Part shown: positions 25,618 to 37,769 of the stretch, one piece after another
Layout of the letters: each line of letters opens with the position of its first letter
How positions within the stretch are numbered: position 1 is the stretch's first letter
Assembly (NCBI RefSeq): GCF_004010195.1
Contig: NC_057735.1
Location: forward strand, 46,040,514-46,104,513
Direction: 5' to 3'
Length of the DNA stretch: 64,000 bases
From: Chiloscyllium plagiosum
Lineage: Eukaryota
The notes under the pieces: model-generated
Database searches by the model: none
What the model was told of the DNA's origin: nothing
Seen by the model: the letters and a program-made list of their open reading frames with translations, nothing else
Program-made: the position numbers and the translations under genes

Positions 25618-26499
25618 TGCACACACACAGACCAAGTCCTGAACTATGAAAGCAACCACCCCAACACACACAAAAGAAGTTGCATCAAGAACTGTTCAAA
25701 AGGGCTACAACACACTGCAGCACACCAGAACTGCAAAAAGAGGAAGAAGAACACCTCTACAATGTATTCTCCAAAAACGGATACCCCCTCAATTTCATCA
25801 ACAGATGCCTAAGGGAAAGACAACAGAATGAGTACATGCCACAACCCAAAGCACTAGCCATGTTACCATACATTAAGAACATTTCTGAACTGACAGCCAG
25901 ACTACTATGACCACTAGGACTCATAACAGCACACAAATCAACAGCCACTTTCAGAAAACCCACCAGGACAAAGGGCCCAATACCCAGCATGAGCAAAACC
26001 AACGTAGTGTACAAAATCCCATGCAAGGACTGCACAAAACACTAAATAGGACAAACAGGAAGACAGCTAACGATCCGTATCCCTGAACACCAACTAGCCA
26101 CGAAACGACACCACCAGCTATCCTTAGTAGCCACACACGCAGATGACAAGCAACATGAGTTTGACTGGGACAACACTACTATTATAGGCCAAGCCAAACA
26201 GAGAACAGCCAGGGAATTCCTAGAGGCATGTCACTCATCCACAGATTGTATCAACAAACCCATCGACCTGGACCCAATATACCGACCACTGCAGCGGACA
26301 GCTGGAACTGACAACCGGAAGTGGCAGAGACAAGCCACTATAAATGCCAGAGGAAACATCACAGAAGCGCTTCACAGGAGGCTCCCAAGCACTGAGGATG
26401 TCACCTAGACGGGACGAAACGTCTGCACCAGAAATTCCCAGCTCGGCAAACAGAACCACAACAACGAGCACCTGAGCTACAAATCTTCTCACAAACTTT
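25618..26499 (+). mobile_element. Penelope-like element (family B), 5'-truncated, with stops and frameshifts
   Basis: HTDQVLNYESNHPNTHKRSCIK; NVVYKIPCKDCTKH*IGQTGRQL GIY-YIG motif; terminal repeat ending tacaaatcttctcacaaacttt. Confidence 0.92.
26389..26426 (+). ncRNA. Minimal hammerhead ribozyme motif, family B, sense to SYCP1
   Basis: gca-CTGAGGA-t-gtc...gac-GAAA-cg-TC-tgc. Stem I gca/tgc; predicted cleavage after 26423. Confidence 0.75.
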
Positions 26500-27120
26500 G
26501 AGGACTGTCTCTTCCCCCAATATCAGTAGTGGAGGCCATAATATCAGACTATGGTCTGAGGTTGTCACCCAAGTTAGAGAATAAAGGAAGGTGGACATCC
26601 TTCTGTGCTCCACTAGTAAAAGTGCCATAATTTCTCTCCAGCACCTGACACTCACTCCATCTCTGCTACTGCATTGAACTCCCAACAAGGCTCATGCTTT
26701 ACCAGTCTCACAGTTGCTTGTAATATTTTCCTCACTCAGCCTTGCCCACTCCAACCTGCAAAATAACTAACTCTGTATGGCCTCAATGAATAAGGCATTT
26801 GCACACCTACACCAAAATTAATAGCTCTATCATCCACAATAATCTCCCATAATACCTGCCCATATCTCGTTTCATGAGCTAAACAGCTTGCAACAGGGCA
26901 GAAGTACTCAACATAGCTGATGAGCTGCCAATCATTTAGCTGCTCGACCATTATGGGTAGAGGATCCTGACTCTGACTACCCCAAACAGAATCTAGACAG
27001 GTGTTGGAGGCCGCCTTTGACTTACTCTGCTGGCTGCGCCTAAGGCAGGGCTATTAACCGTGATTGAATAGAGGTGACCTGGCCTTCCACCTCGATTCTG
27101 CTTGGCATCTTCAACCATAT

Positions 27121-28085
27121 TGTTATGACGCAGTCTAAGCCAAACACGCAGAAAAACCCACCTTGCCTCCTAACCTGTTAACATATGAATGACAGAGAAC
27201 TCCCAAATTCCACTAGTTAAAGAAAATAATATCAATTTATTCTTTGACTCTAAAAGTGATCATTAAGCAGCTATTCCCAATTCTAAGCCCACCTTTCTCT
27301 TAAGCTGTTTATTAGCTGCTCCCAACTCTATAACAATATACTGTTCCAATAATACACTTATTGAAATTGCACCTACCTAATTACAAAACCATACAACGGC
27401 TGTCATCTTTGGTGTCTTTCTTGTTCCGGCTGAAGATCTCCCTGGGTCATCTTTCTTTTTATTGTGAAGATGTTTCATATGAAAAGGTACCTTTGATAGA
27501 GAGTGTTTTGATATCTTGGGTTTGTCTGTCTCTCTCTCTCTCGATGGCAGTTGCCCTGTCTGATTTTCAAAATGCCTGCCTTTGTCATATCCTCACATTG
27601 GATCGTCTCATTGGTTCACTGTTGCCAAACAATCAATTCAGACCTGATTGGGTTTTAGTATCCTGGGGCATAATTGAAACTAGGAGAAAGTAAGGACTGC
27701 AGATGCTGGAGATCAGAGCTGAAAATGTGTTGCTGGAAAAGCGCAGCAGGTCAGGCAGCATCCAAGAAGCAGGGGAATCGACGTTTCGGGCATGAGACCT
27801 TCTTCAGGACAGATTTCTGAAGAAGGGCTCATGCCCGAAACGTCGATTCTCCTGCTCCTTGGATGCTGCCTGATCTGCTGCGCTTTTCCAGCAACACATT
27901 TTCAGCATAATTGAAACTGATTGGTTAAATTTGAATAGTTATCAAAACAACAACCAACTCAGGTATCTATTTCACAGCCAAATGTTACGTATTTTCAATT
28001 TCTGAGACTTCTCTTGTAAACTCTCAGTGCAGAACAGTGTTCATTCTGTCTTAAAGGTACAGTACACGCTTTCAACTTCATAACA
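27121..28085 (-). mobile_element. Solo LTR (Gypsy-type) containing a PLE hairpin cassette
   Basis: Termini TGTTATGA...TCATAACA form an 8-bp inverted repeat. 4-bp TSD atat at 27117-27120 and 28086-28089. AATAAA on the minus strand at about 27236. Confidence 0.8.
27682..27904. mobile_element. Inverted-repeat cassette of two PLE family A terminal repeats, each with a hammerhead motif
   Basis: 27717-27807 is nearly the reverse complement of 27817-27906. 14-bp TSD gcataattgaaact at 27668-27681 and 27905-27918. Plus-strand core CTGAAGA-a-gggc-tcat-gccc-GAAA-cg-TC at 27817-27844. Confidence 0.92.
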
Positions 28086-29109
28086 ATATCTGTTTCCTTT
28101 CCTTCCCTCCTACTACACCTAGATGCAGATTAGAGGGCACCTGCCCAATAGTTGAGCCTGTCAGTCAACTCAAAGGATGTTTTCAGCGAGAAGGCCCAGG
28201 CATACCTAGTATATCATGTCTAGATGGAGGTTCACCTTCCTTAACCTCTTGTATGATTGACATTTCATTGTAAATGCATTGTCATATTTGCAAATATTTG
28301 TTCACTTTCCAGCATCAGTCATGTGAGTAAATGTCATTTCAGTTGCTACTACAGTAATGAAGATAGAGAAGCTAGCTTTTCTTAACATTACATGATATTC
28401 TAATCTTGTTAAGTGATATCTCTCCTTTCCACAGCATGATTTAATGAGGGAGAATCAGACGATTTGAAGGTTTCCATTAAGTTGTCAGCTTAACTTTTAT
28501 TAAATACCATTAATTACATCGGAAGATCAAGATACAAAGCTGTGTTTTCTTTAGGATTATAAAAGGATGCTGGCCCATCTTCAAAACTTATGCAGCCAAC
28601 GAAAGATGACTTCATGCAACTCAATTCCATTGAACAATGTTCAGAAAAAAGGCCTTACTGTGTGCTTTTGCTGAAGGTACTGTATTGTGCCGTAGTATAG
28701 CAAAGGCGCTGAAGAACATCTCCATCATCTCAATGTTGCAGATCCATCATTCATCTTAATCTTGGTGCATCCTTCAGTTGTTTGGAAAAATCTGAAGCTC
28801 CAGACATGCTCACCAGCAGGTGTTCTTGGGTCTAACATAGATAAAGTACCACTGAGATGTCGGTATCTGAGCTGTTGAGGGTGAAAAGATAGCCTTCCTC
28901 TGAGTGACTAATCCTCTCTGAGATTCTTGTAAGGTAGGCCTTGTGATGGCAGACACCCTTTAGTGGCTGCAAAGGTATAAGAGAGAGAGCATTGTGACAA
29001 AGATATAGAATAAATGCACAATGGGGGTCATGGGAGATGAGCTCAACAGTGACCAGGGTTTCTTGCCTGGATGCCGGGTTATAGAGGTTTCAGCATCTCC
29101 ACATGACTA

Positions 29110-29690
29110 GTCTTGGTCCTTAACAGTCATTTCCAAGACATCTCCCTCCATGGGGTGATGAGACAGAATATCCGACAACCCACCATCACCTATCCTGACT
29201 CTTTGAGCTGTGTTGTGGGCTATTTTTTCCTGAGAAAAAAGTATTGAGTGAGATGAAAGTGGGTGGCAAGGCTGTTCATACTGGTGCAGGTGTGGAAAAG
29301 TTGATGAGGTGTTCTGAGTGGGTGAGTAAGTAGCCAAAGGCCATGCAAAGTTAGTAGAATGGGGGTAGGTAAAAAGAATTGAGGGAAGATGATGCATGTA
29401 GTGGTGAAAGTGACAGTAGGAGGTGCAATAGTAGAGTTAGTGTGAGCATGATACAGCAGAGCAGAAAATGTCATTGACCTTTGTCCTGCATTGCTGGGCA
29501 TTCCTCTGTTCTGTGGACACTTCGCTAACCTGGATAGCATTCTCATTCAAACCTAATAGGTCTGGTTTCCTGGCCTCTTCTGGCAATCTAGTGGAAACAG
29601 GGCACTACTGTTCTGTTCTATCTCTTCTACCAAGAGCTTTAGGACCCTTTCAGCAAAGCAAGGTGCAAAGTTTCTTCATCTCTGCTATCT
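29110..29690 (-). mobile_element. PIF/Harbinger Myb/SANT-like gene remnant with a probable intron
   Basis: Minus strand APCFAERVLKLLVEEIEQNSSALFP...VSTEQRNAQQCRTKVNDIFCSA, then an intron ending ttttttctcag, then EKIAHNTAQRVRIGDGG. Confidence 0.65.
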
Positions 29691-30439
29691 TCAAGTTGAA
29701 TATCTGCAACCATGCTCCAAACACCAACATATTTTGACCAGGTCTGCAGCAAGCATGGTGTCAATGCTATGAAATTGCTGATATCCTGGGATTTCCTGGA
29801 GGTAGTGAGTACTTCTGGCTATGGTGAGTAGGGGAATTGAAATAGAATTAGATAAGAAGGGTGCCGTAGGGGCATGGTAGATAGTTAATGAGGCAAGTTT
29901 GGAACAATCACATGAGAAGAAAAAAACTTCCATAAAACTTGATGAAAATGACACTTCTATCAAAACGTGGGAAGATTCAGCTCTAATGATACATGATGTG
30001 GTCAAGGGTACTTGGACCCAGGATTTCTAGTGGACATAGTAAGTCAATGTCTCAGGTTCACAGAGTATTTTTTGGTAACATTTCTTTTCACCTGTACTGT
30101 GTGGATGTTTGTTAGAAAGAGTGCATCTTCTAAGTTTCTTCATTTGGATTGTGGAACAAAATGTGAAAAAGTTAATACCTAGGATTGTGGAAGGAGTTGC
30201 TGCCTTTTACAAATAAACTACGGGACTCATTATGTATTGTGTTTACATTGTTGCTTTGCCCGAGCAGTGAGGGAAGATACCCAAGGTCACATGGGTGTAT
30301 GTCTAAAGAATGCACAAACAGATTGCTGGTTTGTTTGTGCAATTAGGGCCATTTAAGGAGGTCAACAGTTATGAGCGAGATGACAGCTTTCTGATTCATT
30401 TCTAGGCAAATGAACAGCTTGTTGTATGAACATTAGAGA

Positions 30440-30725
30440 AAGTTAAAAATTGCACAATACCACGTGATAGTCCAACAGGTTTATTTGGAAGCACTAGCTT
30501 TCGGAGCACTTTTCATTCATCAGGTGATTGTGGAGGATAAGACCATAAAACACAATATTTATAGCAAAAGATTGTGTCTGTGTCTTATGGTCTTATTCTC
30601 CACAACCACCTGATGAAGGAGCAGCGCCTGGAAAGGTAGTGCTTCCAAATAAACCTATTGGACTATAAGCTGGCGTTGTGTGTTTTTTAACTTTGTCCAC
30701 CCTAGTCCAACACCAACTCCTCCAA
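30440..30725. mobile_element. Inverted-repeat cassette of two family C terminal repeats (hammerhead-bearing, partly decayed)
   Basis: 30440-30550 is inverted relative to 30580-30695. 14-bp TSD atgaaca(t/c)tagaga at 30426-30439 and 30726-30739. Confidence 0.85.
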
Positions 30726-30990
30726 ATGAACACTAGAGAGGCAGTTGTATCCAGGCTGGAAAAGATACAGGGTCTTTCTCTCTGTCTCTGCACTGAAGTA
30801 ACTGAACACTGAAAGGTAGATATCTACTTACTTCCTTCATTTTCTGGAAACTTGCCTCTAACCAGTAACTGAAAGGCTAAACAAGTAATGTGTCACCTGT
30901 CCTGGGTCTTCAGCAAAGAACTGAAAGGAGCTGGAAATAAGGACATTAGAGATCAGGAGGACTTGGGAGATGCAAAACAAACACCCCATT

Positions 30991-31112
30991 AAAGGCTTTT
31001 GGCCGAAACGTCGAAATTTCTGTTCCTCGGATGCTGCCTGACCTGCTGTGCTTTTCCGGCACCACTTTAATCTTGACTCTAATCTCCAGCATCTGCAGTA
31101 CTCACTTTTGCC
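30991..31112 (+). mobile_element. PLE family A terminal repeat, truncated before the CUGA core
   Basis: ggcttttggccgaaacgtcga...gatgctgcctgacctgctg...atctccagcatctgcagtactcac. Confidence 0.8.
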
Positions 31113-32299
31113 TATCCCATTAAACCTGTCAACTGGTGCCACTGAACTGTGTTTTCCAATTACGTATGTGTGTGTATATGTGTGTGTGTGTTCAGTTGAA
31201 AATTATATATATGTTTCCTTGTGGTTAGAATTGATTTATTTGTAATAAATAGTTCTCCTTAAAGTACAGAAGAATGGTCAGTGCTTTCTATTAAACTGAA
31301 TGCATCAGACTGCTAAACTCAGTAAACTAAGCACTTTGAGTTATTTGCTAAACTCTTTTACCTTAGTGATGACCCTAGAAGAAGTGGGGTTGAACACACT
31401 TTACCAAGTAGATCTCCTGACACTGTTTAATGTTATTACCTTTCAAAAGGCCTCACATAGCATGAAAGTGTATCGTCATCCTTTAAAGAATGAAACACTT
31501 AATTCGCCCACTCTAGGTCTGATGGCAGTCATTTTCACTTCCATTGTGTACCAGCTAATTGGAGGAGAATGGAAGAAAACCATGTTGCTCTTCATTGAGA
31601 GAGTTACTGCTTCAGTCTCTCAGTCTAGATGACCCTCACCAAATTTTCATTCTCTCTTCTTTCTTGCTGTTCTTGTCAATACCATTGGCTTTGTTCTTTG
31701 TCATATTCCCACCCAAATAGTTTGTTTAACTGTTCACCTTCACACTTTACTCACAGATCCTGAGGCATACTGTATAGCCATCCTGGACATACTGCACTGT
31801 CCCCATTAATGCATCAGGTATGCTGACTCTCAATGAACACCCCTCTTGCTGTACCCCTTTCCCTCCCATGCTCTGTTGCCTGCTCCCTTTATTCATTAAC
31901 TTGCCCATTTTCACAATAATTATCCTCTCTGTATCCCAGCATGTTGTCCCCAGTCTCCACAATTGAGTTCTTCAGCTACTCTACCATAACAATGCATTTG
32001 ATAATGCACCCCACCTTGACTTACAGTGGATAAACTCTTAGGACTGACCATGACCCACCCCTCTGACTGTGAAAGACCATGTGATTGATCAAGGAACAGT
32101 CTGATCCCTACTCAGTTCCCCAACTGACTAATCACAACTCTCCAGGCTGGATGCATTGGAACTGAGGGATTAACTATGGTCCAGTCCTTGGACTGTAGAT
32201 GTTGGACCCCTGACTCTGACTCTGACCTTGACTCTGACTCTGATTGTCCAAGTGACCAACTGACAGTGTCCAAACCCCTGGACTGATGTTGGACAACAC

Positions 32300-32900
32300 C
32301 CTTGACTTGTGCCAGTATCTCCAGATTGAATATCATTTGCCTGACTGAGGACTACATCCCCTAGACATTGTGACATGGCTATTTGGTTGAATCACATGCA
32401 ATGTGTTTGCTGTATAAGCTAACACCTGGCACCAGCTGCAGATGTGACATTAGCGTAGTATGGTGCTGTATTCTACTGGGACAATTTGCAAAAAGGCCAG
32501 GCAGAGATGCTATGTGCAGATGCAAAGTGAGTGAGTACTAAGAGAGTAAACTAGGAGCCCGGAGCTCTAATATATGAGATGGATGCTTGTCTTTGTCACA
32601 AAGTATGTCGATAGCAGCATTGCAGTGAAAGATGCTGTTACACTCCAAAGTGCAGTGTTGAAGAGGAGAAACAAATTGTAAGTGGGTTGAAGATGTGCCA
32701 TGGGAATGCAGAGAGGCTGGTGTGCATTTGTTGCCAACTTCCATGGTTAAGGGTATGGGTTGTCACTGCCCCACATTGTGTATCCCGAGGTGTTGGTGAC
32801 TTATCCAGGCGGAGGTCTAGAGGAGCAACCGGAGAGCTGGATTTGCCAGGCCTTACTTTGATGTTGAGAAGTGTCACCACTAATTTCTCTATCACATCGG
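32300..32900 (-). mobile_element. Possible very degenerate Harbinger DDE transposase remnant (similar remnants at about 24900-25610 and 28180-28250, + strand)
   Basis: Scattered similarity to HARBI1-like motifs (e.g. LQLV, colinear spacing); no intact catalytic motif. Confidence 0.35.
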
Positions 32901-33299
32901 AGAACAGGAAAATGCAAATCAGAAGGCGAGATTAACTACGAATGGACACTAAATAGGCCTCTCACCACTCACTAGCAAGATACTTCAGAATTTGGTTGTT
33001 GAAGCTGTTTTCTTGAATTTGAGAATTTAATTTCTGCAGATCTCCAAATTTTCCCAACTAATTCACCACTGCCTATGTCATTTGGGGACTCGGCTGATTC
33101 CACCCTTGTATATGTTTCCAGAGTGATAAATTGAATTTACATTCTACCAGCTGCCATTTTAATTGATGACTGGATTATTTGTAATAACATTACCACTGGC
33201 CCTCATAATGTTATGGACAATGCAAAATTTCTGTCCTTAAGTTTCAAGTTGTCCTGCTTGAAGAGGGTTACAACAATCATGGGAACCAGAGTGATATAT

Positions 33300-35560
33300 A
33301 AAAGAGAGGGAAACAAAGGTGGATATGAAGCATGCAAAAGTGAATGACAGAGGAAATAAGGGCTATCAGCAAATTAGACCTAGTACTAAAGATGTTAAAA
33401 TGTAAAAAAGACATATCTAAAAATACTATATTTGAATGCATGGGACAACTACAAGAAGGTAGATGAAGTAACAGTCCTAATAGTTATAAACAGTGCAGAC
33501 TGGTTAGCAAGTTTAGATTGCATATAATACAGGGAGAACTATAGCAATTATGGAAATGTGGAAGCAGGATGATCAATACTGGGAACTGAACATTTAAGGA
33601 TATTTAATGTTTAGGGAGGATCGGCAAAAAAAGAAAAGGAGATGGGCTGGTGTTATAATGCAAATTTGGCTCAGAGAAACTAGACCCATAATCAGGGATG
33701 GAGCCTAGAAGCAACAAGAGGTGGAATATATTAGTGTGACTTATGTACAGGCCTCTAAACAGTAGTCGTAAGGTAGGACATGTCTTTATGCAGGACAGTA
33801 GAGATACAAAACTAGAACTCTGTGGAAAGTTAGTGAAGTAATTGCTGGGCCCCCTGCTGAGATATTTGTATCTTTGGTAGCTACAGGTGAAGTGCCGTAA
33901 GAATAGAAGTTGACTACCATGGTGTCACTATTTAAGAGACGTGGTAAGGAAAAGCCAGGGAACTGAAGGCCAGTGAGCCTGCTCTCAGTGGTGGATAAGT
34001 TGTAGGAGGGAATCCTGAGGGCCAGGATTGACAAATATTTGGAAAGGTATGGACTGATTAGGGACAGTCAACATGGCTTTGCTCATGGGAAATCATGTAG
34101 TAACAAAGAGGATTGATGAGGATAGAGCGGTGGACGTGATCTCTTTGGACTTCAGTAAGTTATCCGACGAGGTTCCTCATGGTAGACTAGTTAGCAAGTT
34201 TAGATTTCATATAATACAGGGAGAACTATCCATTTGGATACAGAACTGACTTGAAGGTAAAAGACAGGGTGGTGGTAGAGGGTTGCTTTTCAGACTGGAT
34301 GCCTATTACCAGAGTTGTAGCATGAGGATTGGTGCTGGGTCCACTGCTTTTTGTCATTTATATAAATTATTTGAATGTGAATATAGGAGCTGTGGTTAGT
34401 AAGTTTGAAGATGACATCAAATTTGGAGGTGCAATGGATAGTGAAGAAGATTATGTTAAAGTACAATGGGACTTTGATCAGATGAGCCAGTGGGCCAAGG
34501 AGTGGCAGATGGAGTTTCATTTAGATAGATGAGGCATTTTGGAAAGCCAAATCAGGACAGCACTTATATGCCTCAGTATAAGGCCCTGGGAACGTTGCTG
34601 AATAAAGAGTCCTTGGAGTGCAGGTTCATAGTTCCCTGAAAGTGGAGTCCCTGGTAGCCAAGATAGTGAAGAAGGAGTTTGGCGTTCTTGCCTTAATTTG
34701 TTAGTACATTAAATATAGGAGTTGGGAAATAATGTTGCGGCTGTACGGGACATTGGTTCGGATGTTTTTGGAATATTGCATGTAATTCTGGTCTCCCTAC
34801 TGTAAGAAGAATGTTGTGAAACTTGAAAGGCATCAGAAAAGATTTACAATGATGTTGCCAGGTTTGGAGGACTTGAGCTATAGGGAGAGGCTGAATAGAT
34901 TGTGGCTATTTTCCCTAGTGTGTCCGAGGCAGAGGGTCACCTTATAGAAGTTTCATACAATCATGAGGGCCATAGGTAGGGTGAATAGCCAAGATCTTCT
35001 CCAGGGTAGCAGAGTCCAAAGCTAGAGGGCATAGGTTTAAGGTGAGAGGGAAAAGATTTAAAAGGGACAAAAGGCATCTGGATGGGTATATGAATTGGTG
35101 GTGTTTAGAGGAATGTGGGTGAAATACTGGCAAATAGGACTAAATTTATTTAGGATATTTGGTCAGTGTGGATGAGTTGGATTGGGTGATCTGTTTCCAT
35201 GTTGTACACCCCTGTTTATCTCTGACTCTAACACTGGTGCTACAGTAGTCATGGCTGACATTATTCACCATGTGAACTGGGAATTGATATTTGCAATAAT
35301 ACTATAAACAGATGAATTCCTTGAGTTTGTACAATATGAGGAGAAATTTCTTCACTTAAAAGGTGGGTAAATCTGTGAAATTCTCTACTACAGAAGACTG
35401 TACAGTCCAGGTCACTGAATAAACTTAAGAAAGAAATAGATTTCTGGAGACTAAATACATCTAGGGGTATAGTATGGTGCTGAGAAAGAGTATCAGCTTT
35501 GATCATATTGAATAACAGAGCAGCCAGACTGGGCCAAATGGCCTACTCCTATTTTCTATG
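33300..35560 (+). mobile_element. Composite of CR1 LINE pieces: APE endonuclease start, RT and two 3' ends
   Basis: LYLNA / IAIMEMW / FREDR endonuclease remnants at about 33420-33650; VLGPLLFVIYINYL...SKFEDDIKFGG RT motifs; 3' tails at about 35230 and 35560. Confidence 0.85.
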
Positions 35561-35668
35561 TTCTTTTGTAGGAAATGCATTTCTTCAGATAAATCTGAAA
35601 ATCGGGTTACTGTACTTTCACTTGTTTTCTTAAATTGAAATGATCTTTTTAAAATTATCCATATCAAG

Positions 35669-35777
35669 GTACAACATTTGCAACAGCAATATAAACAAAA
35701 AGACAGTGAACTTCATGAGACGTGGATTCATCTGCAAGAGTCTAAACTTAGATGTGATCAGCTAGAAGAAACAATCA
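35669..35777 (+). CDS. SYCP1: SYCP1 internal coding exon C (109 nt): VQHLQQQYKQKDSELHETWIHLQESKLRCDQLEETI
   Basis: Acceptor catatcaag and donor gtaagt. Open frame with heptad character; aligns without gaps to the recalled VSLLLIQITEKENKMKDLTFLLEESRDKVNQLEEKT. Confidence 0.9.
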
Positions 35778-36209
35778 GTAAGTTTTGTGCAATGTAAATT
35801 TAATTAATGTACACTGCTATGTAGTGGCAACGTAGAGGAATAAGGAAGAGAAAGACTTGCTAATTTGCAAATTAGCAGCGTTGAATAGTGCAGTTTAAGA
35901 ATTTGACAAAATGATGAATATATCAGTGAAGTAGTATAATCTTCATCAAATATTACTGCTTCGATCTCAACACCATATAATTATAGTTTGAAATCCTGGC
36001 CAACTTGATCCACCATGTAGGAGGCAGTATCATGATCTAAGATATATTATTAAAGAATATTTAAATATTGCTGTTACTTTTGGAGGATTTCTTAAGATAT
36101 GTAAAGGCATAACTTCAGAGCTGCATAGAACCTTTTCTTTAGTGGGGGTCACTTAGTTAGATAGGCAGAGTGTGATGCAGAATGATTCCAACATCAGGAG
36201 TCCAATTCA

Positions 36210-36853
36210 CATACAAAGAGACTTTGGTGTGCAGGTTCGTAGCTCCTTGAAAGTGGATTCGTAGGTAGACAGGATAGTGAAGCAGGTATTTGGTACGCTT
36301 GCCTTTATTGATCATTGCATCAAGTTTGGGAGTTGGAAGGTCATATTGCAGCTGTGCAGGACATTGTATAGGCCACTTGTGGAATATTCCGTGTAATTCT
36401 GGTCTCCCTATTATAGGAAGGATGTTATGGAACTTGAAAGGATTCAGAAAAGATTTACAAGGATGTTGCCATGTTTGGAGGGTTTGAGCTTTAGGGGCAA
36501 GGGGCATGGACAGGGTAAACAGACAAAGTCTTTTCCCTGGGGTAGCGGAGTCCAAAACTAGAGGGCATAGGTTTAAGGTGATAGAGGAAGGATTTAACAG
36601 GGACCTAAGAGGAAACTGTTTCATGCAGAGGGTGCTGCGTGTATGGAATGAGCTGCCAAAGGATGTGGCGGAGGCTGGTTCAATTACAGCATTTAAAAGG
36701 CATCTGGGTGGGTATATGAATAGGAAACTTTAGAGGGATATGGACAAAATGCTGGCATATGGGACGAGATTAATTTAGGATATCTGGCTGGCATGGATGA
36801 GTTGGGCTGAAGGGTCTGTTTCCATGCTGTACAGCTTTATGACTGTATGACTA
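36210..36853 (+). mobile_element. CR1/HER1-type LINE 3' fragment
   Basis: ESKTRGHRFKV...RGNCFMQRVLRVWNELP; tail gaagggtctgtttccatgctgtac...(atgact)n. Confidence 0.9.
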
Positions 36854-37769
36854 TCAACTGTGGTAATATAGTTTATGATAACATGCCTCCAATTGGTCCA
36901 TCCTTGATGTGTGCTGGGTCCTGTTCCTACACAATTATAGATTTCAATCTCTCTGTCTCTCTTGTGGACAATGGCTAGTTATCACTACCACATTGAAGAA
37001 AATTTTCCCTTCCAAATATCTTGGTTTTAGCTTGAGTTTGATTGCCTTACAACTTTTACCATTTGGAACTATTGCATTTTATTTAGTACGAAATTTTAAT
37101 CCTTTGGTTTGAATTTGTATGATTAGAGACATTTAAGTGAGACTTAGATAGGCACACAGAAGTTAGTACAATGAAGGAGATGTGGGTTAGTCTGATCTTA
37201 GAGTAGGGTGGAAGGCCAGCACAATATCGAGGGCCAAAAGGGCCTGTACTGTGCTGTACTGTTCTAAATTTTCTTCTTCTAAATTGTATCTTCTTCTGCA
37301 TTTTTTTTCAATACTTTAGAAATTCAAGAAGCATAAAATTCTTTGAGGACTTTAATATATTCAGGGAAGAGAACATTTTAAGCTTGTTTGTGACTACCAC
37401 AGAGGTGAATTTGAAAATATCATATTTAAGATATTTAAAAAGCACTGGGTAGTGTGTCCCAATCTTTGTCTCCTTTGAAGCTACTTCGCATTATTGATCA
37501 ATAAGCACTTTATAATGGCAAATCAGCATAAATTTTGTATTAATAGAAGACATATCGATTATTCAAATTGTAATTTAGTTCCAGCAAATCTTGAAAAATT
37601 AAGCAAAATATGCACATTAGAAACATTGCTTAGATTAGTTTGCAGATTGTTACTGCTCCCATGTTTAAGTAAATCAGTTAGTGACTAAGGCTTCTTGCGA
37701 ATATTAAAAAACCTTTATCAAATTGCTGTTATGTCATGAAAACATATATAGGTTCTTTGTAGGAGCTAT

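Noticed and set aside
26389-27850. Heterodimeric hammerhead between the nearby sense family B and family A motifs (both have ACGT at stem III)
   Set aside because: A dimer also needs cross-pairing of stem I (gca with gat), which does not form, and the family A copy is sequestered in its hairpin.
27682-27904. Classical MITE or DNA transposon, or pre-miRNA gene
   Set aside because: The arms are unequal, the junctions differ between copies, the TSD length varies (9-14 bp), and the same sequence terminates GIY-YIG-encoding PLE bodies (53512, 60004).
32211-32242. (ctctga)n hexamer giving SESESRSESES or VRVRVK peptides
   Set aside because: A short degenerate microsatellite; no evidence of coding function.
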